A stretch of 64,000 bases of DNA from Chloroflexota bacterium (GCA_021778805.1 JAJYBV010000002.1:18526-82525), one strand, 5' to 3'; shown: positions 1 through 9,832, counted from the first letter of the stretch. Notes: a model not told the origin generated them from the sequence alone. Made by a program: numbers and translations.

Positions 1-139
1 TTGCCGACAAAGCGGCAAAAGCGTTGGCTAATTCATCAAGCATATGTTCATTTACGGCGTTCATTACTTCCGGGCGATTCATAGCGACGATGGCAACTGC
101 GCCGTCGTATTCAATCAAAATGGTTTCATAGTTCTGCAT
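1..139 (-). CDS. enoyl-CoA hydratase/isomerase (crotonase) family protein, N-terminal fragment running off the window start
   Basis: Own translation from ATG at 139 gives MQNYETILIEYDGAVAIVAMNRPEVMNAVNEHMLDELANAFAALSA, a classic crotonase N-terminus (VAxIxxNRPExxNA). AGGAG lies about 12 nt upstream. Absent from the ORF track because it is under 60 aa inside the window. Confidence 0.5.
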   Translation of the reverse strand, partial: MQNYETILIEYDGAVAIVAMNRPEVMNAVNEHMLDELANAFAALSA

Positions 140-271
140 GCGGCACATCTGCTCCTAATATATCCTGGTTTTACACGCCACAACGGTATTACAGAACTGG
201 CTGCGGCGCATTGCCTATATCCATTATAACATGGATACCATACAAAGAAGCGGCAGAATAAACCAAGAGAT

Positions 272-468
272 TTGCGCGGGGATTGGGGTGTCCCCAAAAA
301 TATCTTTTTATAAACAACCACCGCACGGTACACTGAGGGAATCGTAAGGGGCATCCGCCCCTTGCGCGGGGATTGGGGTGTCCCCAAAATATCTTTTTAT
401 AAACAACCACCGCACGGTACACCGAGGGAATCGTAAGGGTCATCCGCCCCTTGCGCGGAGGTTGGAGC
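272..468 (+). repeat. Tandem array (about 2.2 copies, period 89-90 bp) of the S-unit of the mosaic repeat family
   Basis: TTGCGCGGGG recurs at 272, 362 and 451. Each unit carries hairpin AAGGGGC-ATCC-GCCCCTT, hairpin TTGGGG-TGT-CCCCAA and the tail CACCGCACGGTACAC. The last unit is truncated against the stop codon at 469-471. Confidence 0.9.
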
Positions 469-1641
469 CTATTGCTCGGTTTCCGCTATCTGCAAAAACA
501 TGCGCAATAACCTAGACGGGGAATCCAGCATATCCTTACGCAAAAAATAATAACTATAGTGTTCGCGCATCAGCAATGTTACTACACCTGCGGCGCGCAA
601 CCGAATCATATGATGTCTGGTTGTTGCTTTTGTTAACCCTAAGTGTTCCGCTAATTCGGTCAAATACATTGATCGCTGCGACAAAAGACGCAATATTCGC
701 AAGCGTGTATCATCCGAAAGCGCATCAAACAGCGCCGCCAGTTCATGCCGCTGCGAATCTTCTTCATTCAAATTCTCTAAATTTTCAACAGTTAATGGGT
801 AACAATACGTCAAGGTATCATTCACCCGCATATGGAAAATAGCCGGAGACAGCATTATGCTGGGAACTAGCACAATGCGTTCTATTGCGGCCGGGGGATC
901 GTAAATAAAGCCGCGAATGATACTGCCAAATAACTGCTCATGGCTTACTTCCTGATTCAGCATTTTCAGCCGGTTTACTTCCTTTTCTAACTGCGTCCGC
1001 AGTCGCGGCTCTTCTTCAGCAAAAACCAGCCGATACCATTCGCGTAAAATCTCCGCTAACTTGCGGCGTGTCTGCTCCGGATTAGTAAGCATTGCAACGA
1101 TACCCGCGCGTTCCGCTGAGGGAAATCTTTTTGAAAACGCGGAAATTTGTTTCGCCAAATTTTGTTTATTTTTTTCAGTGGTGTTTGGTTTAGCAGCATA
1201 TTCAAGTGATCGCACAATAAGTTCATTGGCCTGAATTTGCCAATCAGTTCCAATTCCGTCGCTTTCCAGCAATGTTTCAATAATATCTGTAATAGCAGCA
1301 TGTTGCTCAAACCAATCGAGCGTATCAGGTATACTTTCTGTTTCAGCCTGCCAAAAAATACCCGTTAATTTTGCAGCGCACCATTGTCCTTCATCTTCAC
1401 CAAAATAATAAAATAAATCTTCTTTTAACATATCCGAACACTTATTTAGCGCAGTTTCTATCCAATTGCTATCAAGGTCATAATCATCTTTGCGCGCCGG
1501 ACAAAATGCAACATGCAAGCTTAAAAGTAAATCATATACAGGATTTGCGCTAAATTGAAATATCGGCTGCTTCCGTTTGCGTTTTAACTCCACCGTTTTA
1601 GGGGTATTTTCTTCAACACTTTCATTATTTTTAGTCATCAT
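469..1641 (-). CDS. ArsR/SmtB-family transcriptional regulator with a roughly 290-aa N-terminal domain of unknown function
   Basis: 390-aa ORF. The C-terminal winged HTH is LFDALSDDTRLRILRLLSQRSMYLTELAEHLGLTKATTRHHMIRLRAAGVV. Confidence 0.75.
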   Translation of the reverse strand: MMTKNNESVEENTPKTVELKRKRKQPIFQFSANPVYDLLLSLHVAFCPARKDDYDLDSNWIETALNKCSDMLKEDLFYYFGEDEGQWCAAKLTGIFWQAETESIPDTLDWFEQHAAITDIIETLLESDGIGTDWQIQANELIVRSLEYAAKPNTTEKNKQNLAKQISAFSKRFPSAERAGIVAMLTNPEQTRRKLAEILREWYRLVFAEEEPRLRTQLEKEVNRLKMLNQEVSHEQLFGSIIRGFIYDPPAAIERIVLVPSIMLSPAIFHMRVNDTLTYCYPLTVENLENLNEEDSQRHELAALFDALSDDTRLRILRLLSQRSMYLTELAEHLGLTKATTRHHMIRLRAAGVVTLLMREHYSYYFLRKDMLDSPSRLLRMFLQIAETEQ

Positions 1642-1929
1642 TAAATCCCTGCCTTCCTGAATTTCTGCTTATTAAATTGTTTTGGATTTACCTTGGAATC
1701 ATCCTCACTGCCATTCCCTGTTCCGCTAACCTCAAGAATTTTCTGGTAATTTAAGCACATTCATCCAGATGATTCATTGAAGTATAATCACTATCATACC
1801 GTTCATAACAGATATTACCGCTTTTCCGAAATGCTGTCAAGCCCTTGCGAAGCCGCAGTATTCTCGTGTTATTACGGTAAAATATCCGTCCAATATTAAA
1901 TTTTGCTTAATCAGTTCTGCACGCGATAT

Positions 1930-1950
1930 CAGGGAGCATTTTGCTCCCTG
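1930..1950. terminator. Perfect 9-bp palindromic hairpin just downstream of purB
   Basis: CAGGGAGCA-TTT-TGCTCCCTG. There is no clear U-tract on the minus strand, so this is terminator-like only. Confidence 0.3.
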
Positions 1951-1980
1951 AAGGCACGCTGTTTTTCATGCGGTTCGCTA

Positions 1981-3282
1981 TCAGTCTAAATGCATCCTGG
2001 CAAATAACTCATCAACAAATCGGGTATAAAAAGAAGGATCGACCAAACTGTCCAATTCATCAGGGGAAAGCAGCGCCGAAATTTCCGGATCGGATTTTAA
2101 AAATTCCAAAAATGGCGCTTTATCATTTTCGCCGCGCCAAACTTTTTGCGCATTGCGCTGCGCCATTTTATACGCTTCTTGCCGCCCCACACCTTTATCC
2201 ACCAAAGCAAGAAGTACACGCTGAGAATATATCAACCCGCGTGTCATATCCAAATTATCACGCATACGAAATTCATCAACTTCTAGGCCGGTAATAATAG
2301 TATGCGCCAACCACAACATATAATGCAGAATCGTTGTGGCGTCGGGGATAATTACACGTTCATTTGAAGAATGGCTGATGTCACGCTCGTGCCACAGCGC
2401 CACGTTTTCCATGGCGGTAAGCGAATATCCACGAAGCAGCCGCGACAACCCGCATATTCTTTCAGTAAGTTCCGGGTTGCGCTTGTGCGGCATCGCAGAT
2501 GAACCTTGCTGCCCGGAGCCAAACGGCTCAAATGCTTCGCTGACTTCGGTGCGCTGCAAGTTGCGCAGCTCCAGCGCCATCTGCTCTAAAACGGAGCCAA
2601 TCAGCGCAATATTTGTGATGAACTGCGCATGACGATCTCTTCCGATAATTTGCGAAGAAACCGGCGCCGTTTTCAACCCAAGGCGATCACATACATATTC
2701 TTCTATTACCGGCGGAACTGTAGCGTGTGATCCAACCGGGCCAGATATTGCGCCATACGCCATTTCTTCCAGCGCATCTTTCAGTCGTGTTTCCGCGCGG
2801 CGCAAAGCGTCTACCCAAATAAGCAGCTTTAAACCGAAGGTAGTCGGCTCGGCGTGGATGCCGTGTGTGCGCCCAACTATTAATGTATATTTGTGCTTTT
2901 GCGCTAAATGCTCTACATTATGCAAAAGCTTATTCAATGCGCTGCGTAATATTTCCCCGGCTTCGCGAACCTGAACTGCTAATGCGGTATCCAAAATATC
3001 CGAAGAAGTTAATCCCATATGGATATATCTGCCATCCGGCCCTGTTTGTTCCTGCAGCATACGCAGAAACGAAATGACATCATGATGAGACTCTTCCTCT
3101 ATATGACGCATCCGGTTTAAATCCAATGACGCCGATCGTATATTTTCCAGCGCGGCAGAAGGAATGACCCCTTCGGCGGCCCACGCCTCACACACCAGCA
3201 TCTCCACCTGCATCCACGTTTCTACTTTTCTTTTCTCAGACCACACCTGCGCCATTTCCGGTCTGGTATAACGATCGATCAT
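1981..3282 (-). CDS. purB: adenylosuccinate lyase
   Basis: 433 aa. N-terminus MIDRYTRPEM..VWSE and fumarate-lyase signature GSSAMPHKRNP. Length and layout match PurB. Confidence 0.95.
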   Translation of the reverse strand: MIDRYTRPEMAQVWSEKRKVETWMQVEMLVCEAWAAEGVIPSAALENIRSASLDLNRMRHIEEESHHDVISFLRMLQEQTGPDGRYIHMGLTSSDILDTALAVQVREAGEILRSALNKLLHNVEHLAQKHKYTLIVGRTHGIHAEPTTFGLKLLIWVDALRRAETRLKDALEEMAYGAISGPVGSHATVPPVIEEYVCDRLGLKTAPVSSQIIGRDRHAQFITNIALIGSVLEQMALELRNLQRTEVSEAFEPFGSGQQGSSAMPHKRNPELTERICGLSRLLRGYSLTAMENVALWHERDISHSSNERVIIPDATTILHYMLWLAHTIITGLEVDEFRMRDNLDMTRGLIYSQRVLLALVDKGVGRQEAYKMAQRNAQKVWRGENDKAPFLEFLKSDPEISALLSPDELDSLVDPSFYTRFVDELFARMHLD

Positions 3283-3431
3283 TGTTGCGTTTTGCCTTCT
3301 TCTTTATCAAAATATGTTGCGCGGCGCCGTTTTTTTATATTCCCCAAAATATGTGTAAACTGGGGAGTTTACCGGCGCTAAGTATCACTTGAAGTATACC
3401 ACATAGTTAGACGGCATGAATTTTGCATAAT

Positions 3432-3440
3432 TGTTATAAT
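3432..3440 (+). promoter_or_regulatory. Candidate extended -10 promoter (TGtTATAAT) upstream of the TPR gene
   Basis: Exact TGnTATAAT match in the purB/TPR divergent intergenic region. No good -35 element. Confidence 0.3.
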
Positions 3441-3667
3441 AAGACGAAGTATTGGAAAATACGAACATTTCAACAGAAACACTGCTCGCAATTTTCTGCG
3501 TTTTTTTTGCAGCTAGATGCTCTGAGGCCGGCAGATAACGCAAAAATTCCGGCGCCAAACGGCCGGTAATTCAATATTGTAATAAGATATTTGTGAGAAA
3601 TAAGTATGTTCCTACAGCTTGTGTGCTATACTTCAGAAGAGTCTTGTGTCTGAACAAGGAGCAAAGT

Positions 3668-6493
3668 ATGGCTAAGCGAAAACAACCTCAAAATTGGGAC
3701 GATTTGTCTCCGCAATATGATGATCCTGATCCCCGGAACTCTGGTCAGGTTGATGATAACTATGTGTTAAATCTGATTCAGGAAGCCCAAATGATGTATC
3801 AGGAAGGCAAAATTGAAGAAGCTATCGATCAGTGTGAAGAAATTGTGGCCGTATATAACAGCGCCGAAGCCGAATATACGTTAGCGTTTATGTATCAGGA
3901 ACAGCATATTTGGGATGCGGCAGTGGAACATTATACGGTGCTGCTGGATAACCCCGAATACGCTTTATCGTGTTATTATTCGCTTGGTCAGTGCTTCCGC
4001 TCTAAAGGCGATTTGCAAACAGCTTCACAATATTTTGATGAAGCGGTAGATCGCGTAAATTTGGATATGCTGAACCGCGATGAATCCGATCAGCTCATCC
4101 AGTTGTGCAGTGAAGCGGCGCGCGCGCATGATGATATGAATGAATATGAAAATTCAGAATCTATATATAATTCTCTTTTAGGATATTTGCGCAGCCGCGG
4201 CTGGAAAGACAGCGTTCGCCAAGTTGAAAATTTAATGGCTAAAAGCGCCCGGCCCGCACAAGAAAACAGCAAAAAAATGCCGGCCGCTCCTTCAAATTCG
4301 GGTCCCGAACCGGTTTCATCAAATAGCGCCAAAAATCCGGCCGTGTCTCCTAATGGTTCTTTTTCCGGATCTAAGGCGCAGCAGCCGGGTCCCGGCCAAT
4401 TAGTTTCAGATCAACCTGGGCCGGTTGCGCAGGGCAATCACGCTTCAGCGCCGCATCTTACCATTCCCGGCCAGCAATATCAACCGCCGCCGCCGATGAA
4501 TCCTGGCGCATTTTTACAAGATATGTATCCCCCTGCTCAGCAGCAGACATTCCCAATGCAGCGGCCAATCGCGCCGGCTGCAGGAAACAACCACGCTGGG
4601 TTTGCCGGTGGTCTGAATATTATGCCGCCGCCGCCAATGCCCGAACCACAGCGCACACGTGTTATGCAAATGATGCGCAATATCGAGTCGTTTATTGCCC
4701 GCGGCTTATATACCGCCGCTATAGAAGAGTGCATCAGCGTAACCGAAATTGCTCCGCATTATTTGGATGTGCATTTAGAGCTGGCAGAAATTTATGTGCA
4801 GCAAAATAAAATCGATCAGGCAATTACGAAATACGCCGTTCTTATCGATAATTTTTTGGCAAGCGGCCGCATAGATGAAGCAATTGCCGCTTATCGGCGT
4901 GTGCTGCAATTAGAGCCGAATAATATTTCGTATCGCGTTCGGCTGATTAATACTTTGGCGCAGCATAACCGAATTCAGGAAGCTCAAGAAGAACGCATTA
5001 AAGCCGCGGAAGCATTTTTAAATTTGGGGTACCCGGACCGCGCTATTGAACAATTTGAGCAATCCATTCTCACTGCGCCTAATGATATCCGCCTGCGGTT
5101 GAATTATGCGCTGGCGCTTATCCGCGCCGGCAAAATTCAGTTTGGCGTTACGGAATTGCAAAGAATTTTGCAGATCGATCCCGGTAACGTGATTGCTTTA
5201 GCGCGCTGGCATATTGCGCTGTGCCTTGGCGGCTCTGCCGCAGCCTCGTTAAGCCCCGCGGCTAAAGCGCCGGATACGCGCGCCTCCGCGATCGATATTT
5301 TAAACCGGCTTGCCCGTATTTTACGATCTGACGGTCTCAAGGGATATGATGACACCGTCGGTGAATATACTGCAACATTAAGCCAGCAGCAAACAAACAA
5401 TGATATTCGCTACGGATATGCGGTTATTTTGCACACCGGCAGCAAATTTCAAGAAGCAATTGTTGCGTATCAATCCGCGCAGGCAACCCCCGGCTTAGAA
5501 GTTTTATCATTAGTGGGAATCGGCTTGTGTTACCTGAATTTGAATGAAAATGATAAAGCGGCGCGTTCTTTTGAAGACGCTAGTTCTTTGGCGCGCAGCA
5601 ACCCTGTGCCCATAGCAATGTGGAACGCCCGACCGCGCATCGATAATGAGGATATCGGCTCGCCGGATATTGAGATTTCTCAGCTTTTGGCGCGCGCGTA
5701 TCAACGCTCGAACCCCGGTGGATTTTCTCCATTGGCCGGCTCAGCCGCGCCGCAAAAGGGATCGCATCAATCCAGTGTTATATTAGATGAAGTGTATCGC
5801 GTAATTAATGAAATATCCATGCGTAAACAAAACGATGTTGCCGGCGCGCTGCAAGAAATGGCGCAATTGGCAGTAACGTACCGCACGCAGCGCCGCTATG
5901 AACACGCGCTGGCTGCTTTGCAGGAAATAGCCTCTATTGCGCCGAAAGATTATTCTGTGCACGCCGAAATGGCAGATATTCATATTCATCGCGGCTTTTT
6001 GGAAGAAGGGATTGCAGAACTGCGCAAAGTATATGAAATTCATATGTCTACAGGGCAAATAAGCAGCGCAGCGCAAGCTTTACTGCAAATCTCGGATATT
6101 CAGTGGCAAATGGGTGAACATAACGACGGCATGGCAACCCTGAAGCAAACATTGCAATTAACGCCGGATGATATGAACGCCCGGCAGATTTATGTGCAAT
6201 ATTGCCTTGAAGAAAATAAACGCGCTGAAGCCGCAGAACAACAATCGGTGTTAGCGCGCTATTATTTCCATAATCGGCAGACTAAAGAGGCCGTTGCCAT
6301 GTTGCAGCAGTTGATTGCGTTAGATAAAAATAATTTCGACGCCTACGATCTGTTAGGCCAAACGTATTTTTCGGTTGGGGAATATGAACAAGCGCAACGT
6401 GTGTATCGGCATTTGGCAAAAATTAACCCGGCCAGCCAAATTGCTCGCGAACGTTTAGCACAAATTCAGGAACTTCACGCCAAACGCAATTGA
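3668..6493 (+). CDS. large tetratricopeptide-repeat (TPR) protein with a central P/Q/A-rich low-complexity linker
   Basis: The ORF opens at 3593, but AAGGAG sits 6 nt before the ATG at 3668 (MAKRKQPQNW). Many TPR-like 34-aa units (..A..Y..VL.L.P.N..). The Pro/Gln-rich segment is around aa 230-350. Confidence 0.8.
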   Translation: MAKRKQPQNWDDLSPQYDDPDPRNSGQVDDNYVLNLIQEAQMMYQEGKIEEAIDQCEEIVAVYNSAEAEYTLAFMYQEQHIWDAAVEHYTVLLDNPEYALSCYYSLGQCFRSKGDLQTASQYFDEAVDRVNLDMLNRDESDQLIQLCSEAARAHDDMNEYENSESIYNSLLGYLRSRGWKDSVRQVENLMAKSARPAQENSKKMPAAPSNSGPEPVSSNSAKNPAVSPNGSFSGSKAQQPGPGQLVSDQPGPVAQGNHASAPHLTIPGQQYQPPPPMNPGAFLQDMYPPAQQQTFPMQRPIAPAAGNNHAGFAGGLNIMPPPPMPEPQRTRVMQMMRNIESFIARGLYTAAIEECISVTEIAPHYLDVHLELAEIYVQQNKIDQAITKYAVLIDNFLASGRIDEAIAAYRRVLQLEPNNISYRVRLINTLAQHNRIQEAQEERIKAAEAFLNLGYPDRAIEQFEQSILTAPNDIRLRLNYALALIRAGKIQFGVTELQRILQIDPGNVIALARWHIALCLGGSAAASLSPAAKAPDTRASAIDILNRLARILRSDGLKGYDDTVGEYTATLSQQQTNNDIRYGYAVILHTGSKFQEAIVAYQSAQATPGLEVLSLVGIGLCYLNLNENDKAARSFEDASSLARSNPVPIAMWNARPRIDNEDIGSPDIEISQLLARAYQRSNPGGFSPLAGSAAPQKGSHQSSVILDEVYRVINEISMRKQNDVAGALQEMAQLAVTYRTQRRYEHALAALQEIASIAPKDYSVHAEMADIHIHRGFLEEGIAELRKVYEIHMSTGQISSAAQALLQISDIQWQMGEHNDGMATLKQTLQLTPDDMNARQIYVQYCLEENKRAEAAEQQSVLARYYFHNRQTKEAVAMLQQLIALDKNNFDAYDLLGQTYFSVGEYEQAQRVYRHLAKINPASQIARERLAQIQELHAKRN

Positions 6494-7269
6494 TACTTCC
6501 ACATTGCAAGCTGCTCCGGCGGAACAAACTCCGAGACATCTTTGTGTTGTTCCGCCAGCGTCCGCACCATGGTAGATGAAATATCGGCATATTTTTCGCT
6601 GAGGTCAATATAGTGCGCCCGCGCTTTCCATGCAATATTTTCCGGTCGGCTAAACAATTCCGCCAAATCGGCTTTGCCATACCCCATTCGAGGGCAAACC
6701 AAAAATTGCGCCAATCCAAATAGTTCCTGTAATTCGGTGTCTCTATCCGCATAATATGCCGGATCCAATATTTGCAGCGCCTTATCAAATCCAATTATAA
6801 AAAAAACATCTTCAACTTGTGGAAACGCGGCGCGTACCGCCCTGGCCTGTTCTTTATATAATCCGCAGTTAAATAACGCCACACGCATCCGCACATCACG
6901 CTGCGCCGTCGCGGCAAGCATCAGCAAGTGCAGCGCTTGTTCCTGCGCCGGAAGCTGTACTTTATGCAGCGTTGTGCGGCTCATCGAAAGCAGCAGCTGC
7001 TCTACAAGCCCGGTTTGCAGCGCTGCTTCCGCAACGGCAAGATGCGCAAATGTTAGCGGATGAAATGCCCCTGTATAAACACCAATGGTTTTTGGATCCG
7101 CAGGGTTCATTTGCGGTGTTCCCATTTTCGGCGACAGGGGAAGCGTTACAGTCGGCTTATAATGAGCGTCGAGTTGCGCAATGTTATCTATCACCATACG
7201 CTGTAATTTTTTTTGCGAGATATATGCGCTGGCAAGGTGATATTGTGCCGCATCACCGGTATTATTCAT
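6475..7269 (-). CDS. nicotinate/nicotinamide-nucleotide adenylyltransferase-like (cytidylyltransferase superfamily) protein
   Basis: 264 aa. HxGH-type motif GAFHPLTFAH and C-terminal ISSTMVR motif, as in NadD. The 3' end overlaps the convergent TPR gene by 19 nt. Confidence 0.6.
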   Translation of the reverse strand: MNNTGDAAQYHLASAYISQKKLQRMVIDNIAQLDAHYKPTVTLPLSPKMGTPQMNPADPKTIGVYTGAFHPLTFAHLAVAEAALQTGLVEQLLLSMSRTTLHKVQLPAQEQALHLLMLAATAQRDVRMRVALFNCGLYKEQARAVRAAFPQVEDVFFIIGFDKALQILDPAYYADRDTELQELFGLAQFLVCPRMGYGKADLAELFSRPENIAWKARAHYIDLSEKYADISSTMVRTLAEQHKDVSEFVPPEQLAMWKYQLRLA

Positions 7270-7281
7270 AGCGCAAAATAG

Positions 7282-7617
7282 TTATAAAATACCGCCAATG
7301 GCTGCGCCAAGCAGTAACGCTATGCCGTGAAATAATACAAGCAGTAAAAACCCTATTCCGCTCACTATTCCGGTGATTATTCCAAGTGGCCCATGGGTAA
7401 GCGATATCAGAAAAAGAAACAGCGCTACTATTACTGCCGGCAATATAGCGGAAGTCATGGCGCGGCCAAAACTTCCTGCAACTTTACCGCCGATAATCCC
7501 AAAAATAAAGGAACTAATGACCGGCAGCCAAAAGAACACCAATGGGCCAATAATCATAATAACTGCTCCCCAAAAAACAGAGCCTTTTTTCTTCGATGAT
7601 GGTACGTTATAAGACAT
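7282..7617 (-). CDS. small Gly-rich integral membrane protein
   Basis: The ORF runs 7282..7674. The likely start is MSYNVPSSKKK at 7617, with AAAGGA upstream. Three to four hydrophobic helices. Confidence 0.5.
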   Translation of the reverse strand: MSYNVPSSKKKGSVFWGAVIMIIGPLVFFWLPVISSFIFGIIGGKVAGSFGRAMTSAILPAVIVALFLFLISLTHGPLGIITGIVSGIGFLLLVLFHGIALLLGAAIGGIL

Positions 7618-7773
7618 TTGAATGAAAGTATCCTTTCTTTTATTTCGCTGTGTTTTACCTGCCGCACGCAGCAACGTATGAGCTTCCGGCAGAAGTTTAG
7701 GTTATTTTGTTCTTTTTGATACTATGCGCGGCCGAAGTTCGGCGCCTGCAAGAAGGTTCAAAAAACACAAAAC

Positions 7774-9066
7774 TTATGGTCCCCACGCAAAATACTTCGC
7801 GTTATATGCAATAATTGTGCTTGTTTGCTGTGCAGTAAACCCGACAATATTCTGCTGATTAACCTGCGCGTCTTGGAATGTTACAACCGATCCATCCGGC
7901 GACCAAGCAATCGGACCAAATAAAGCATATGAAACTTGCAATTGATTTGGCAAAGTTAAAGAATACGCCGATGGAAAAGAGTTTGTTGCAAGAGGCTGAA
8001 TATATGGCGCAAAAGACTCAGAATTATCAGCCAGCGCCAACGCAACCGAAGTATCCGTTGGCGAAATAGCCAAGTTCAACGGCACATTAGGAATTTGCGC
8101 ATTGGCAAAAATTTTTAAAGCTTGTTTGCTGGATGTATTTTGTAAATAAATTACAGTATCAGCCAACGCAACGGTATGTTTATTTTGCAAAACCTGTTGA
8201 ATTGTTGTACCGGGCGCATAGCCGCTTTGATACGCTATTGCGGTTCCGTCTGCGCTCAGCGACCACGCATAGGGGCTGTAAAACGTATATTCATCAAAGG
8301 GGCACAGCAAAGAACCACAAGGCAAAGGCGCCAGCGACGCCGGCCCCAGCAAAGCTACCAAGGATGTTTGCAAAGGATTGCTGAGTGAAAATTTTCGCAA
8401 TTCCGCTATACCAACACCATTTACACCGATATGCGCGATGGTAGAGTAATATACGTTTATGCCGTCGGTGGCAATTTCCCAAACGTTTGTGGGGCCAACC
8501 ATCAACACCGATCCAGTATCTGTTTCCGGTGATATTTCAAATATATTTCCGTTTTCGGTATAGAGCATTGTTGTATTATTGACCCAGGCAATATGCCGCC
8601 CTTGCAGCGGAATAACAATACTTTGGCCAGCGGTGTTATATTCATGTATCCCAAACGTTTGAGTATTGCCGATAAACAGCGTGCCTGTTTGCTGGTAACT
8701 ATATCCGTTGGTGTTTCCGGGCGCCAGCCGCGGAGTTTGCAATGTGTAGGCAATATGTATTAAATCCGGTGACCAAACAGGGTTGCCCCATTTTGCGGCT
8801 CCGTTGGCAAGGTTATATTGTGTAAACTGTGTTTCTAACGCAGTGCCTTTCCGTATCCAAAGATTATTGAAGCGCACAAACGCATAGCTGCTGGCCGGCA
8901 ACGGAAACGGAGTTGCGCTGGAAGCCGTTGCGGCAGGAGTTGCGGTTTGGCTGGCTCCCCCCGGCAATGAGCATCCGGCAAAGAACACGCTAAGGATGAC
9001 TATAGGGACAATGACAAGGTAGGCAAGTGGCAAACGCCGAAAAAACCAAAATTTCATAACGCGCAT
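7774..9066 (-). CDS. secreted lipoprotein, possibly beta-propeller-like
   Basis: 430 aa. Signal peptide with lipobox (VFFAGCS). Repeated W/Y-rich beta-strand segments (AWSPDG.., VWSPDL..), reminiscent of TolB/WD40-like propellers. Confidence 0.6.
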   Translation of the reverse strand: MRVMKFWFFRRLPLAYLVIVPIVILSVFFAGCSLPGGASQTATPAATASSATPFPLPASSYAFVRFNNLWIRKGTALETQFTQYNLANGAAKWGNPVWSPDLIHIAYTLQTPRLAPGNTNGYSYQQTGTLFIGNTQTFGIHEYNTAGQSIVIPLQGRHIAWVNNTTMLYTENGNIFEISPETDTGSVLMVGPTNVWEIATDGINVYYSTIAHIGVNGVGIAELRKFSLSNPLQTSLVALLGPASLAPLPCGSLLCPFDEYTFYSPYAWSLSADGTAIAYQSGYAPGTTIQQVLQNKHTVALADTVIYLQNTSSKQALKIFANAQIPNVPLNLAISPTDTSVALALADNSESFAPYIQPLATNSFPSAYSLTLPNQLQVSYALFGPIAWSPDGSVVTFQDAQVNQQNIVGFTAQQTSTIIAYNAKYFAWGP

Positions 9067-9302
9067 AAACTTTCAAAAATATATAGTTGGCAATGAAAAG
9101 ATTTTTCAAGGAAATCACATTGTTGTTCATGCGCAAAATTCGCGTTCGCGCATGCAAGTATTCGCAGAGCAGCATACAATAGCGAAACGGCCAGCGCAGT
9201 TGGAAATGATTCTTGCCGCGCCGATTAAATCTCTCTATTGTATGTGAGCGAATAGCTTGATATTTAAATTATATCGCAGAAACCCGGCGCCAACACCAAT
9301 AA

Positions 9303-9326
9303 GCCGCCGGATTGTTAACCGGCGGC
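9303..9326 (-). terminator. GC-rich hairpin downstream of the 152-aa gene
   Basis: GCCGCCGG-ATTGTTAA-CCGGCGGC. On the minus strand it is followed by TTATTGGTG. Confidence 0.45.
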
Positions 9327-9373
9327 GTTTGCAGCAGAGTAAGCGGCGCAATAATGAGCTAAAAAAAGATTCT

Positions 9374-9832
9374 TTAACGCGCCTGTGCGTTAAAATAGTG
9401 CGGGGAAATAACTCCCGGCGCAAAGTGATTGGCAATGCGCAGGTACTCATCCTCACAAGCCTCTATCATCAGTTTATGCATGAGCACCACATCGGCGTGC
9501 GGAATTTGTTCAATAGATTGAACGCATAATTCCATAATCGGCCGGCCGGAATCAAACACCTTTACCAGTCCGCCATGGAAAGGAACGCGGTATATTCTCG
9601 AAAGTTCAGTTGGACTGAAAATATCCAGATATCCGTATTTAAGGATTTGATGATATTCACTTGTTGTCAGCATTTGTTTTAACAAAGATTTTGCGCGCTG
9701 ATTTGCGCGTATTTTTTGAATAGCCGGCCAAACAGTATCACGGGCATATTCAACAACCTGAAACACACCTGCTGATAACACCGCCATAATGATGACGCTG
9801 AGCATAATATAAAGCAATGCCCAATTTCCCAT
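9374..9832 (-). CDS. membrane-anchored hypothetical protein
   Basis: 152 aa. AAGGAG is 6 nt upstream of the ATG. N-terminal TM helix (WALLYIMLSVIIMAVLSAGVF). Confidence 0.55.
   Translation of the reverse strand: MGNWALLYIMLSVIIMAVLSAGVFQVVEYARDTVWPAIQKIRANQRAKSLLKQMLTTSEYHQILKYGYLDIFSPTELSRIYRVPFHGGLVKVFDSGRPIMELCVQSIEQIPHADVVLMHKLMIEACEDEYLRIANHFAPGVISPHYFNAQAR

Noticed and set aside
115-443. ORFs 115..387(-) and 189..443(-), and similar ORFs at 17863..18250(-), 22364..22874(-), 22509..22920(+), 44634..45128 (both strands), encoding recurring peptides such as WGHPNPRARG
   Set aside because: They are read-throughs of the repeat modules. Frames and lengths differ from copy to copy, stops and indels are not avoided, and none has a ribosome-binding site. 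The shared peptides simply reflect shared DNA.
272-468. Could the 89-bp tandem repeat be a CRISPR array?
   Set aside because: The units are directly abutting with no unique spacers. The period is far longer than a repeat plus spacer built from short repeats. The same unit occurs singly at other loci, and no cas genes are present.
3593-3667. Upstream extensions of several ORFs as given in the track (3593 for the TPR gene, 33910 pepF, 42124 flhA, 63938 XRE, 7674 membrane protein, 30435 giant GT, 26194 hypothetical, 45369 AbiEii-like)
   Set aside because: In each case an internal ATG or GTG is preceded at 6-10 nt by a clear GGAGG/AAGGAG-type site. The upstream extension is atypical for the family. 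Starts remain predictions.
6423-6794. ORF 6423..6794(-), 123 aa, overlapping the NadD-like gene in another frame
   Set aside because: It lies out of frame within and overlapping a gene that has recognisable motifs. It has a Trp/Arg/Cys-rich composition and no RBS.
8668-8675. Additional sigma-28 -10-like boxes (GCCGATAA/GCCGATAT) at 8668-8675, 18947-18954(-), 12711 region(-), 28857 region(-) and 43997 region(-)
   Set aside because: All are inside coding regions, often on the wrong strand. None has TAAA at the required 15-nt spacing upstream.
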